From: an uncultured Acidobacteriota bacterium
GTDB lineage: Bacteria; Acidobacteriota; Polarisedimenticolia; J045
Reading direction: 5' to 3'
Assembly (NCBI GenBank): GCA_963702425.1
Contig: CAVPCQ010000026.1
Location: 1 to 32,138 of the forward strand
DNA: 32,138 bases
Shown: positions 16,815 through 27,906 of the stretch, in pieces
How the letters are laid out: each line of letters begins with the position of its first letter
Position numbering within the stretch: the first letter of the stretch is position 1
The notes under the pieces: generated by a model
What the model saw: the letters and a program-made list of their open reading frames with translations, nothing else
Told to the model about the DNA's origin: nothing
The model's database searches: none
Program-made: the position numbers and the translations under genes

Positions 16815-18641
16815 CTACGGCACGGCGAGAACCCTCCCCAGCCACGCATCGCGGCTCACCCGCGCCGCGTCGTCGAGGAAATGCCCGGTGTCGAACCACT
16901 CCACCGTCGCCCGATCGCCCGCGGCGAGGATCGACAGCTGTGCGTCCCACGGCGCGATGAACTCGTCGCGCCGCGCGAACTGCAGCAGCACCGGCCGCGG
17001 CGCGAGCTTCGGTAGGAAGCGGATCGCATCGTATGGCGCGATCGCCTCGAGGAAGGCCTGCTGCTGCGCGGGGCCGAGCAGCCCGCGGAAGGTGACGGGC
17101 AGCCGGCCGTCCCCGGTGGACCAGAACGCCGTCTCGGCCGCGAAGCCGGCCATCAGGACCGCCGCCGTCACGCGCGCGTCCAGCGCCGCGACCGCCGCGC
17201 CGACCTTGAAGCCCAGGCTGTGGCCGACCAGTGCCAACCGCTTGCCGTCGACCTCCGGCCGCGCCGCCAGCAGGTCGAGTCCGCGCCGCGCGTCGACGAC
17301 CAGCCGCGCCCGGTCGGCACGCGCCGCCTCCGCGTCCCACGGCCGCGGGCGGGGCGCCCCCTCGGCCGTCTTCTGCTCCGGGTTGTCGATCGTCAGCGAT
17401 GCGATCCCGCGGCCGGCCAGCGCGACGGCCTCGTCGAGAAACGTCGACCGGTCCCCCTGCCCGGGATGCAGGAACAGCACGCCCGGGAAGGGTCCCTTGC
17501 CGCGCGGCAGCACCAGGTATCCGGCGACGCGCCCGCCCCGCGGGCTGGCGTAGGAGAGGTCCATCACCGCCGCGCCGTCCTTCTCGGTCAGCGCTTTCAG
17601 CTCGATGCTCAGCGGCGCGGCCGCGTCGTAGACGGTCAGCTGACGCGCGGCGTCGGTGCCCGAAGCCGCCTGCCGCTCGCGCCAGATCCGCGCGGCGACG
17701 TCGCCCGGCCGCAGGAAGTCCAGCACGAGCGCATTGAACGCCGCGGGCTGCTCGAGGTGCAGGAGGTGCCCCGCGCCGTCGACGAGCACGCGTTTCGCGC
17801 CCTTGACCCCCGCCTCCAGCGCGCCGCCGTGGGCGTGGACGTCCTGGATGTCGGAAGCACCGATGACGATCAGCGTCGGGACGGCGATCTCGCCCAGCCG
17901 CCCGGCAGCCGGCCGCTCGGCTTCGCGCGAGCGGCTGGCGCGGCCGTCGAGCGACGACGGGTCGGCGGTCAGCAGCGCGCGCAGGCGCTCCCTCGCGGCG
18001 GCGCTGCGGGCGTCGGTGAGCCAGGAATCCTCGACCCAGAAGTCGATCGCCGCCGCCAGGTCCTGCGATTCGAACATCGGGCGGAAGCTCACCACGGCGC
18101 GCCGCCAGAACTGGTCGGAGAGGGGGAGGCCGCTGACCACGGCCCCCTCCAGCACCAGCGCCGTCACGCGGTCGGGGTGGGCCAGCGCGAAGTCGACCGC
18201 CAGCGCCCCGCCGCTCGAGCAGCCGACCAGCACGGCGCGCGGGATCGCCAGAGCGTCCAGCAGCGCGGCGAGGTCGTCAACGTCGGAGTACTCGACCTTG
18301 GCCGGCTCGGAGCGGCCGCGCCCGCGGCGGTCGTAGCGCACGACTCGGTAGCGGGCGGGAAGGGCGTCCGGCGCGAACTGCGCGTCCCATGTCGGGCCGG
18401 CGACCATGCCGTCGTGCAGCAGGATCAACGCGTCACCCCCGCCGCGCACTTCGTAGTAGAGCTTGCCGGCGGGAGTGTCGAGGAAGGCGCCTGTCGGAGG
18501 CGAAGTGGGTCCGGGCGTCGGGGCAGGCGGCGGGACGGGCGGCGCGGCGGCAGGCGGAGCGGCGGCAGGCGGAGCGGCTGATGTCTGGACCGATGACAGA
18601 AGGGCAAGGGTCAGGGTGATGTACCAAGCGATTCTGCACAT
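16815..18641 (-). CDS. Exported tandem double alpha/beta-hydrolase, 608 aa
   Basis: ATG at 18641 with GGAGG RBS, signal peptide and Pro/Ala linker. Domain 1: YDRRGRGRS, GCSSGG, GASD, GAGHL. Domain 2: GVLFLHPG, GHSLG, RRDEF, TGHFL. Confidence 0.85.
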   Translation of the reverse strand: MCRIAWYITLTLALLSSVQTSAAPPAAAPPAAAPPVPPPAPTPGPTSPPTGAFLDTPAGKLYYEVRGGGDALILLHDGMVAGPTWDAQFAPDALPARYRVVRYDRRGRGRSEPAKVEYSDVDDLAALLDALAIPRAVLVGCSSGGALAVDFALAHPDRVTALVLEGAVVSGLPLSDQFWRRAVVSFRPMFESQDLAAAIDFWVEDSWLTDARSAAARERLRALLTADPSSLDGRASRSREAERPAAGRLGEIAVPTLIVIGASDIQDVHAHGGALEAGVKGAKRVLVDGAGHLLHLEQPAAFNALVLDFLRPGDVAARIWRERQAASGTDAARQLTVYDAAAPLSIELKALTEKDGAAVMDLSYASPRGGRVAGYLVLPRGKGPFPGVLFLHPGQGDRSTFLDEAVALAGRGIASLTIDNPEQKTAEGAPRPRPWDAEAARADRARLVVDARRGLDLLAARPEVDGKRLALVGHSLGFKVGAAVAALDARVTAAVLMAGFAAETAFWSTGDGRLPVTFRGLLGPAQQQAFLEAIAPYDAIRFLPKLAPRPVLLQFARRDEFIAPWDAQLSILAAGDRATVEWFDTGHFLDDAARVSRDAWLGRVLAVP

Positions 18642-18739
18642 GTGGCCTCCCGCGCGCGACGACGGTACACCGGCCCTGCCGGCTGTCGCGATACGGGGCG
18701 GACCGTTGCGTTCGAATCGCCGTTCCGCAGGTCCTCCCG

Positions 18740-18979
18740 ACAGAGGGCCCCTTCGAATGCACAGCCGGCAACAGAGGACGCTGTCGAATGCACGGGCCGG
18801 CGCCGCGAATCTGCGAAGGGGGTCGACCCGGTGAAGGAAAGCGCGCAGGGATGGGCGCGTTGTGACCCGAACCGGGTGCCCGGGATCACGGTGTCCGCAG
18901 CTGAGGGGGTTCCTTGCCGCGCGCGGTGCATTCGAAGGGGTCCTCTGTTGCCGGCTGTGCATTCGAGGGGGTCCTCTGT
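18740..18979. repeat. 54-bp imperfect inverted repeat around a ~130-bp spacer (MITE/REPIN-like)
   Basis: 18740-18793 matches the reverse complement of 18926-18979 with about 5 mismatches. Each arm is about 1.7 copies of a 31-nt unit ACAGAGGACCCCTTCGAATGCACAGCCGGCA. Confidence 0.85.
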
Positions 18980-19020
18980 GACCCCCGCGCGCTCGCCGCG
19001 CGTCGCATCCCCCTGCGCGG

Positions 19021-19091
19021 CGCGGAACGGGCCGGCACGGAGGCCCGCCCCAGCGGACGCGGAACGGGCCGGCACGGAGGCCCGTCCCTAC
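19021..19091 (-). repeat. Tandem pair of GTAG-type REP-like elements
   Basis: cgcggaacgggccggcacggaggcccgYccc at 19021 and 19058. The minus strand reads GTAG-GGACGGGC-CTCCGT-GCCGGCCC, a GTAG tetranucleotide followed by an imperfect hairpin. Confidence 0.65.
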
Positions 19092-21151
19092 AGCTCCGCG
19101 ACCGCCCGCGCCGCCGCCTCGAGCAGCGGCGCCGCCGACACCGGCGCGCCGACCGCCGCCTGCATCCAGGCGTCCGGCGTCAGCCGGCCCAGCGTCGTCA
19201 TCCGCTCGACCTCGCGGCCAAAGGTCCCCGGGTCCGCCGCCACCCGCCGGAAGTGCTCCTCGATCTGGAAGCAGACCAGGTGCCCCAGCGGGTAGTCCGG
19301 CAGGTAGAGCGGGTGCGAGATCGCGTGCGAGTAGACCCCCAGCAGCAGCGCATCTCGCGTTCCGAAGAGCGGTGCGTACCAGCGGTTCCAGGTCGCTCGC
19401 GCAATCGCCATGACCGCCTCGCGCAGCTCCGCCGCCGTCGCCTCGGGGTGCGCGTACAGCCAGCGCCACACCGCGATGTCGACTAGCGCCACGCCGGCGA
19501 TCTCGCGCACGTTCCAGAACAGGTCGAGCGCTCGCAGGCCGCGCTCCGCCGCGTCATCGGCGGCGTGGCCGAGCAGCGCCAGGTCCTTCCCCTGGAACAG
19601 GAACGCGAAGGCTTCGGTGAAGGACACGTTCGGGACCCCGGCCAGCAGCGTTTGGTCGATCCCGGCCAGCGAGAAGACCTGTTCGACGTTATGGCCCAGC
19701 TCGTGCATCGCGACGTTGTAGCCCTTGTAGTCCATCCCGCCGGCGCCGACCCGCGTGCGCAGCCGCACGCGGTCCTCGCGCATCCCGGCCGGCATTGCGT
19801 GGCCCGCACCGCGGGCAGGGTCGACAACCAGCCGCTCGGCGATGAAGTGCGCACGATCGGGCGCGAAGCCGAGCCGCTCGAGCAGCGCGGGGACGGCGGC
19901 GCCGAACGCGTCGGCGCGGGGGTAGAGGGCGCGCACGGCGCGGTCGAGCTCCGCTTCGTCGAGTGCCGCCCCAGGCTTGAAGCCCGCGTACCAGATGTCG
20001 AACGGCTCGAGCGGCCGCCCGAGTCGACGCGCGATCAGCGCCGCGACCTGGGCCCCGACCGGCGCCTCGAGCACCGTCGTCAGCAGCGCCTCGACCTCCG
20101 CCGGCGCCAGCTGGCGGTCGCGATCGAAGCGGCGCGCGAGGAAGGACGGATGCGCCGGCTCGTGCGGGTCGGCGGCGCGCGCGGCATGGAAGCAAGCCAG
20201 CCAGTGCGCGTAGCGGGTGTCGGGCTCGCGGGGGGGTACGCCTGCGGCTACGCCCCCTGAGGGGAACACCTCGTTCGTGAGGGGGTTCCAGTCGACGGTC
20301 GCGTTCCCCGGGACGCAGGCCGGGATCTCCTGCGCAACGATCCGCTCCAGCACCCGCTGCAGCAGCCGCTGCGCGTCGAGCCCGGCCGGGTCGGAGTAAC
20401 GGGCCTTGATCTCGTCGCGCAGGCCCCAGTGGCTGATCAGCCGCAGCCCGTCGGGGAAGGGCCGCCGGCCGGCCGCGTCGAGCAGGTGGTGGGCGTGAAT
20501 GTCGTAGCCGTTGATGTAGGCGTCGGCGGCGACCAGCGCGCGCGTGATCCGCTGCGCGATCTCGGCCGGCACGCGGCGCGTGAACACCTCCGCCAGCCGC
20601 GTCTCGGCCCACTGCCGGCGCGACCAGTCGCTGCCTCGCTCACGCCGCTCGGCGAGCGTCGTCAGCGGGAAGTTGAGCAACCCGACGAAGGCGACTTTCG
20701 TCGCGAACAGGTCGTCGTCGACGTGCGCGAACGGGTCGAGCGTCGCCAGCCGCTGATCGAGCGGCGTCAGCGGACCGGTCTCGACGTCGAGCGGGAAGCG
20801 CAAATCGCGCGCCAGCGCCAGCAAGTGGCCGTGCAGCCGCTCGAGCGCGGCCTCGAAGCGCGCGAAGGCAGCGTCGAGCGCCGGGCCGCGCGGCAGGAAC
20901 TCGGCCTCGAGGAAGGCGCACAGGTCGTCGGGTGAGCCGTCGGTCACACGCCAGAAGGCGAGGACCTGGCGCACGCCGCGCTCGATCCGCCCGTGTTCGG
21001 CCTCACCGTGGCGGGCGATCAGCGCGGCGACGGCCTGGGCTGCGGCGGATGCGGCAGCGGGCGCGCCATCAGGCGCTGCATCGCGGGGGGCGACAGCGGG
21101 TGAGGCAGCGGCGCCGGCCGGGGGACCGGCCGCGGAGCGGGCGTCGGACAA
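19088..21151 (-). CDS. Putative gluzincin (M3/M2/M32-like) zinc metallopeptidase, 687 aa
   Basis: HEXXH (AMHELGHNVE), downstream FTEAFAF glutamate, YLPDYPLG motif; TTG start with AGGAG RBS. Confidence 0.7.
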   Translation of the reverse strand: MSDARSAAGPPAGAAASPAVAPRDAAPDGAPAAASAAAQAVAALIARHGEAEHGRIERGVRQVLAFWRVTDGSPDDLCAFLEAEFLPRGPALDAAFARFEAALERLHGHLLALARDLRFPLDVETGPLTPLDQRLATLDPFAHVDDDLFATKVAFVGLLNFPLTTLAERRERGSDWSRRQWAETRLAEVFTRRVPAEIAQRITRALVAADAYINGYDIHAHHLLDAAGRRPFPDGLRLISHWGLRDEIKARYSDPAGLDAQRLLQRVLERIVAQEIPACVPGNATVDWNPLTNEVFPSGGVAAGVPPREPDTRYAHWLACFHAARAADPHEPAHPSFLARRFDRDRQLAPAEVEALLTTVLEAPVGAQVAALIARRLGRPLEPFDIWYAGFKPGAALDEAELDRAVRALYPRADAFGAAVPALLERLGFAPDRAHFIAERLVVDPARGAGHAMPAGMREDRVRLRTRVGAGGMDYKGYNVAMHELGHNVEQVFSLAGIDQTLLAGVPNVSFTEAFAFLFQGKDLALLGHAADDAAERGLRALDLFWNVREIAGVALVDIAVWRWLYAHPEATAAELREAVMAIARATWNRWYAPLFGTRDALLLGVYSHAISHPLYLPDYPLGHLVCFQIEEHFRRVAADPGTFGREVERMTTLGRLTPDAWMQAAVGAPVSAAPLLEAAARAVAEL

Positions 21152-21272
21152 GGGTCTCCTCTCGGGGGTCGGTGAGGCGATTCTAGTCCGTTGGCGGACG
21201 GGTGTCCGCCGCGGCCTGTCCGCCGCCGGACGTGCGGCAGGTCCTCAGCGCGGCGCGGCGCGGGTTTCCCGC

Positions 21273-21288
21273 CGGCACGGCGCGTGCT
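21273..21288 (+). promoter_or_regulatory. Sigma54 (-24/-12) promoter
   Basis: CGGCACGGCGCGTGCT is GG-N10-GC with the GGCACG core, 13 nt before the first pilin ATG. Confidence 0.65.
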
Positions 21289-21301
21289 TCGCCTCCCGTC
21301 C

Positions 21302-21760
21302 ATGAGCGGGACCGCACGCACCGGGCGAGGCTTTGCCCTCGCCGAATCACTGGCTGCGATCGCCATCCTTGGCGCGGCCGCGCTCGGGGCGGCGTCGCTG
21401 GCGCAGCGCGCCGCCGGGGTGGCGGCCGAAGCCTCGCGGCTGGACCTCGCGCGTGAGGCCGCGGAAGCGGTTCACGCGCGGCTGGAGACGGTCGGTTGGT
21501 ACAGGCTGCCGGAGCTGTTCGACGGCACGGCCGGAGACGCCGATGCGTCGGTCGCCACCGGAGAGGGTGCGCCCGCCGAGTGGGAGGAACTGATCGCGCG
21601 GCTCCCGCGAGGGCGGATCCAGGCGCGGCTGGCCGGCCTCGGCCGCGACGGCGCGCGGGCGACGTTCGGCGCGGCGGTCGCGCTGCGCCTGGAGGTGCGC
21701 GTGGCCTACGACGAGCAGGGCCGGCGGCGCGTCGTCGCGCTGTCGGCCACGCGCTTTTAG
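21302..21760 (+). CDS. PilV/GspI-like minor pilin
   Basis: Class III signal RG|FALAESLAAIAILG (Glu at +5); ATG at 21302. Confidence 0.7.
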   Translation: MSGTARTGRGFALAESLAAIAILGAAALGAASLAQRAAGVAAEASRLDLAREAAEAVHARLETVGWYRLPELFDGTAGDADASVATGEGAPAEWEELIARLPRGRIQARLAGLGRDGARATFGAAVALRLEVRVAYDEQGRRRVVALSATRF

Positions 21761-21772
21761 GGGGGAGAGACG

Positions 21773-22603
21773 GTGCGTTGCGCAGGACCGCTTCCGCGCG
21801 GGTTCACTTCCATCGAGGCCCTGGTCGGCCTCGCGGTCGCGCTCTCGGCGATCGCCACCACGCTCGTCCTGGTGCGCGGCCTGCAGCAGCTCGCGGTGCG
21901 CGCCGCGCGTGACGCGGACCGCGCCGCTGCGGCACAGTGGGCGCTCGATCGGATCGCGCGCGAGGTCGCGCGGGCAGGGCTCGGAAGCTGTCCGGGGCGT
22001 GAGCCGGGCTGCCCCGACGAGCCGGTCGAGCTGCTCGAGCGCGGCTGGATCGGTGTACGTGGCGATCTCGACCGCGACGACCCGGCGCTCGCGGCCGAGC
22101 CAGAGAGCTCCCTGGCCGGTGCGTTCGCGCGGACCGACACCGGCAACGACGAGGTCGTCGTGTTCCTGCGGCGCGGCCGCGGACTGGCGCGGCCGTCGTT
22201 CGACGCCGACCTCGAGTCCAGCGGCCGGGCGACGACGGCTGCCGGCGAGGAGGTGGCCCCCCGCGACGGCCGCGTCGAGCCGATCGACGCCGGCCCGGCC
22301 GACCTGCCCGGGGAAGGGGGCCGCGGCACGCTCTACCGCGTCACCTTCGTCAACGACGCGCGGCGCATCGGGACGGGGCGCTTCCGGGTCGTCGAGCCGC
22401 TCGTCGACGACGCGCTCGACTTCGCGGTCCGCGCCTGGGACGGGCGCGGGGTGCCGCTCGCGCCTTGCGGCGGGCGCGACGACGCGGCGGCGCGCGCCTG
22501 CCGCGGAGCGGTCCGGCGTATCGCGCTGGAGTTGACGGTCGGCCGTGCCGGCGGGCGGCAGCAGACCTTCCGGCGCGAGCTCGCCCTGGAGGGACCGTGG
22601 TGA
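21773..22603 (+). CDS. PilW/GspJ-like minor pilin
   Basis: RG|FTSIEALVGLAV, ALDRIAREVARAG helix, C-terminal Cys pair and VRRIALEL. Confidence 0.75.
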   Translation: MRCAGPLPRGFTSIEALVGLAVALSAIATTLVLVRGLQQLAVRAARDADRAAAAQWALDRIAREVARAGLGSCPGREPGCPDEPVELLERGWIGVRGDLDRDDPALAAEPESSLAGAFARTDTGNDEVVVFLRRGRGLARPSFDADLESSGRATTAAGEEVAPRDGRVEPIDAGPADLPGEGGRGTLYRVTFVNDARRIGTGRFRVVEPLVDDALDFAVRAWDGRGVPLAPCGGRDDAAARACRGAVRRIALELTVGRAGGRQQTFRRELALEGPW

Positions 22604-24499
22604 ACGGGACGCGCCGGAACGGCGGCACGAACGGCGGCGCGCGCGCTGCGTTGCGCGGCGGCGGCCACACCGTCTCGCTCGCCGCGCGCGCTGCGTTGCG
22701 CGGCGGCGGCCATACCGGCCCGCTCGCTGCGCGCGCCGCGTGGCACGGCGACGAACGCGGCGCCGCGCTGGTCGCGGCGCTCTGGATCGCGCTGCTGGTC
22801 GGGGCGCTGGCGATCGCTGCCTGGAGCGTCGCCGACGCGCGGCTGTCCGTGGCGCGCGGCCGAGCCGACGCCGTGCGCGCGGAGGCGCTGGCCGTCGCCG
22901 CGGTGCAGGCCGCAGCCGCCTGGTTCGAGGACGAGGAGCGCAGCGGGCTGATCCCGCCGCCGGGGCGCGACGATGCGCTGCGGGACCTGCGCGTGATCGA
23001 TCCTGACGGTGACGGGGAGGGCCGGCGCTGGAGCGTGGAGAGCCCACCGTGGGACGTCCGCTACAAGGACGGCGCCGGCACCGGCGACCTCTTCCGACCG
23101 CCCGACGGCCCTTCGCCGCGCAACCGATTCCTCGGCACAGCGGAAGCCCCGGACCTGCTCCTCGAGGCCGATGGCGCGGGTGCGTTCGTGCTGCGCCGAC
23201 TCGCTACGGCGCTCGGCGCCCCGCTCGGTGCGCGCGTCGAGCGGCTCGCGTTCTTCGGCCCCGCGCGCGGTGGACGCGGCGGGGTCGCGCTGGGCGGGCA
23301 GGAACTGGCGACGATCGAAGCGGTGGTCAGCTGGCCGACCAGCGGCGGGATGAGGACCCGCGCCGTGGCGCGCGGCGAGGTGGCGCGCATCGAATGGGGG
23401 CGGCTCGATCGGCCGCTCGAGATCGCGGGCGATGCGCGGCTCGTCGGCGCGGCGAGCTGGTCGCGCGGCGAGGCGTTCGTCGCTGGCGACCTCTTCGCGC
23501 CGGCCTCGACCTGGGGCGGGTGGTCGGGTGGCATTCCGTGGCGCGCGGTCGACTCGCCGCTGCGCGACGACGAGGACGGCGACGGTCTCGACGACGATGC
23601 CGACGCCGACGGCGCGGCCGACGTCGAGGCCTTCCGCAGCGCGCCCGGCGCAGTCCCGGATCCGTGGTGGCGTGGCCGCGTCGGCGGGACCTGGCACGGT
23701 GCGCCGGCCGTGGCCGGCGCCTGCGCCGCTCCGCTGCCGTTCGGACCGCGCAGCACGCCGCCTGCCCCGCCGGCAAAGCAGCACGATCGTTCGGGGGTCT
23801 TCGTGGCCTGCCCGCTCGCTGCGCCCGCGCCGCTCGATCCGGCCTGGGAGGAGCTGGCGCGGCTCGGGCGGCGCGGCGCGGGGTTCGCCGAGGAGGACGC
23901 GCGCGTTCCGGGCGCCTTCCGGATCGACGGCGCCGGGCGCGTGCTTGCGCTCGGGGCGCTGCCGGACGGCGCGCTGTGGTGGGTCGTCCCGGCCGCCTCG
24001 CGCCGCGTCGCGCTCGACCTTCCGTCCGCGGGGCGGCGCGGTGCGTGGTGCGTCGCCGCAGGCGACGCCGCCCTGGAACTGGCGCGCGGCGCGCCGCTGC
24101 CCCTCGAAGCGCCCGGGGATCCGCGCGACACCCGCGGCGTCTCGCGGCCGGGAGGCGCTGCGGACGAGCACCTCCCGCTCGAGCGCGACGCCGGCGGCTG
24201 GCAGGTTGCACGGTGGAAGGAGCCGGCGCAGCCTCCCCACCCCCGAGCGCTGGTACCCGGAGCCCTCGGCGAGCGTGGCGTTCGAGGGGCTGGTCGCGGC
24301 GGCGGGCGGGCTGGACCTGACCGGCACCGGGCTGATGGTCGGCCAGGTGCGGGCGGCCTCCCTCGGGCTCGACGGGACCGCGGGTCCCGTGGAGGTCCGT
24401 GCCGCACGCTTTGCCCACGACGACCCTCGAACCAGATCGGGCCCCCCCGGGGCGCCCCGGATCGTCGTGCGGGGACTGCGGGTGGTCACGGAGCCGTGA
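22600..24499 (+). CDS. PilX/GspK-like large minor pilin, one frameshift near 24225
   Basis: GTGA overlap. ERG|AALVAALWIALLV (no Glu at +5, as in PilX/GspK). Acidic DEDGDGLDDDADADG motif. The C-terminus (FEGLVAAAGGLDLTGTG.MVGQV...VVTEP*) is in another frame. Confidence 0.7.
22639..22752 (+). repeat. 45-nt tandem repeat (about 2.5 copies) in the prepilin leader
   Basis: Units start at 22639, 22684 and 22729: ARAALRGGGHTVSLA / ARAALRGGGHTGPLA / ARAAWHGD. Confidence 0.8.
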
Positions 24500-24568
24500 A
24501 TGGACGATCGTCGAGCAAGGGTGTCATATTTAGAGAGAGGGACGGGGACCACCGTCATCGAGGACCGC

Positions 24569-25345
24569 ATGTCCACTCGCATGTTCCTCGCGGCTGCCGG
24601 ACTGGCGCTCGCGATGTTCGTCACCGGCGCGGCCCCGGCCGCGGCCCAGGACGCCCCACCACCGCCGCCGCCGGCGGCGAAGAAGAAGCCGGCCCAGCAG
24701 CCCCGCGGTCCCGCCGCCGAGGCCTCCCGCGCTGCGACGGAGTCCACCTCGCGCGCGCCGGGCGCGGCGGGCGAAACCGTCCCGCCGCCGGCCGCCGCCG
24801 ACGACGCTGACGCTCCCGAGACCGCTGCGGTGCCGCGCGCGCCGTCGGCCATTCCGGCCTCGCCGCCGCGGCCGCTCGGGCAGACGACCCGGGTGGGGCG
24901 AGTCGCGCTCCCGACGCGGACCGACCCGAAGACCGGCAAGCAGGTCGTCGTGATCGGCAACGCCGATCTCGAGCGCCTCTACGGCCACTCGATCGTGCCG
25001 GTCTCCTCCTCCGAGAGCGCGGCCGGTCCCGGCAGCGGTTCGGCGATGCGTGACGACCCTGCGGCGAGCGACCCCGACGACGTGGGGGCCGCGGCGCCCG
25101 GCGGCAATGGCGCCGCCCGCGAGGCCGAGCTCGACGCCGAGATCAAGCGCCTCAACGACAATGTCCGCTCGATGGCCAACCCGTTCCTTCCGCCCCCCAA
25201 GCTGACCGACGCCGAGAAGGCGGCGGTCGATGGGAAGAACAACAAGGAACGGATCGACATGACGCGCGAACGCATCCAGGAACTGCAGCAGGAAAAAGCC
25301 CGTCTCGAGTCGTCGCCGTCCGGCGCGGAGCCTTCCGGACGGTGA
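24569..25345 (+). CDS. Secreted Pro/Ala-rich hypothetical protein with C-terminal coiled coil
   Basis: ATG at 24569 with GAGG RBS, signal peptide ending AAA-Q, VVVIGNADLERLY motif, heptad-like C-terminus. Confidence 0.7.
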   Translation: MSTRMFLAAAGLALAMFVTGAAPAAAQDAPPPPPPAAKKKPAQQPRGPAAEASRAATESTSRAPGAAGETVPPPAAADDADAPETAAVPRAPSAIPASPPRPLGQTTRVGRVALPTRTDPKTGKQVVVIGNADLERLYGHSIVPVSSSESAAGPGSGSAMRDDPAASDPDDVGAAAPGGNGAAREAELDAEIKRLNDNVRSMANPFLPPPKLTDAEKAAVDGKNNKERIDMTRERIQELQQEKARLESSPSGAEPSGR

Positions 25346-25349
25346 GCGC

Positions 25350-26783
<1,434 letters not shown>

Positions 26784-26914
26784 ACTCTCCCGCCGAACGA
26801 ACCGGGCCGAAAACGGCTGCGCGATCCTATGTTTGTTTGGTAAGATCGTCCGCTCAACCCACCTTCATCCATAACCGCGGGCGCCCCCGGGGCGGCCCGA
26901 GAGGCTGAAACCCG

Positions 26915-27510
26915 ATGCCCGAGCGCAAGGTCGTCATCGTCGGCGCGGCTGGCCGCGACTTCCACAACTTCAACGTGGCCTACCGCAACGATCCCACCCA
27001 GCGGGTCGTCGCCTTCACCGCGACCCAGATCCCGGACATCGACGGCCGCACCTACCCGCCGGAGCTGGCCGGGCCGCGCTACCCGCAGGGGATCCCGATC
27101 GTCGACGAGAGCGAGCTGGAGCAGCTGATCGCCAGGCACGGCGTCGACGACGTCGTCTTCTCCTACTCCGACGTCTCGCACGAGCAGGTCATGCACATCG
27201 CCAGCCGCGTGCTCGCCGCCGGCGCCGATTTCCGGCTGCTCGGCCCCAAGTCGACCGAGCTGAAGTCGATCAAGCCGCTGGTCGCGATCTGCGCCGTGCG
27301 GACCGGCTGCGGCAAGAGCCAGACGACGCGCAAGGTGGCCCAGGTGCTGCGCGACGCCGGACTCAAGGTCGTCGCCATCCGCCACCCGATGCCTTACGGC
27401 AACCTCGCCGAGCAGCGCGTCCAGCGCTTCGCCGAGCTGGCCGACCTCGACCGTCACCACTGCACGATCGAGGAGCGCGAGGAGTACGAGCCGCACATCG
27501 TGAGCGGTAC
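26915..27510 (+). CDS. Predicted GTPase of the cyclic 2,3-diphosphoglycerate synthetase-like family, 3'-truncated
   Basis: GAAGRDFHNFN, VAFTATQIPDI.GR.YP.ELAG, AVRTGCGKSQTTR, RHPMPYG, CTIEEREEYEPHI. The family pattern stops abruptly after HIVSG. Confidence 0.8.
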
Positions 27511-27520
27511 GCCCAGGGGA
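27500..27520. other. Probable chimeric junction between two genomes
   Basis: Convergent genes are both truncated here. To the right, A/T-ending codons become common and every gene is frameshifted. Confidence 0.75.
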
Positions 27521-27764
27521 CGAGGCAGGCGGGCCAGCAGAAGGCGGTACGACCCGGAATCACCTGCCCCCAGGCGGCTCCCACCAGTTCCTGGCCCCGG
27601 CGGGCGTGGAAAAGTCCCAGCATGTCGAGTTGCCGTGGCTTTCGGCCACCAGCATGCGTTGGATCCGCGACTCGCCGATCCGCAGCAGTTGCAAGCGCCT
27701 CCGATCTCCGGGTCGGCGGAGTGGATTCGATCTGCAGAAATCGCGTGTGATGGTGCTGCGGCAT
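27511..27764 (-). CDS. N-terminal fragment of a probable GNAT acetyltransferase (frameshifted, truncated)
   Basis: MPQHHHTRFLQIE...LDMLGLFHARRGQELVGAAWGQVIPGRTAFCWPA resembles the N-termini of Planctomycete GNAT proteins. Confidence 0.5.
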
Positions 27765-27831
27765 GGCTCGAGCAGCATAAACAATCCGGTCAGCTCCATC
27801 CAAGGCCGACCCACGGGATTTGCCGGTTGGG

Positions 27832-27837
27832 TATAAT
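27832..27837 (+). promoter_or_regulatory. Sigma70 -10 box
   Basis: Perfect TATAAT in the divergent intergenic region, about 70 nt upstream of the PDZ gene. No clear -35 box. Confidence 0.5.
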
Positions 27838-27906
27838 GACTCCGTCTGACGTAATGGACGATTGAGAAGTTCGAGCACTGGTTCGCGGATAGTGTGTGAG
27901 GCGACG

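Noticed and set aside
18642-19469. 276-aa N-terminal extension of the hydrolase ORF (16815..19469)
   Set aside because: It runs through the repeat region and overlaps the peptidase gene. The RBS and signal peptide point to the ATG at 18641.
27511-27865. Novel C-terminal domain on the GTPase
   Set aside because: It is antisense read-through into foreign sequence beyond the junction.
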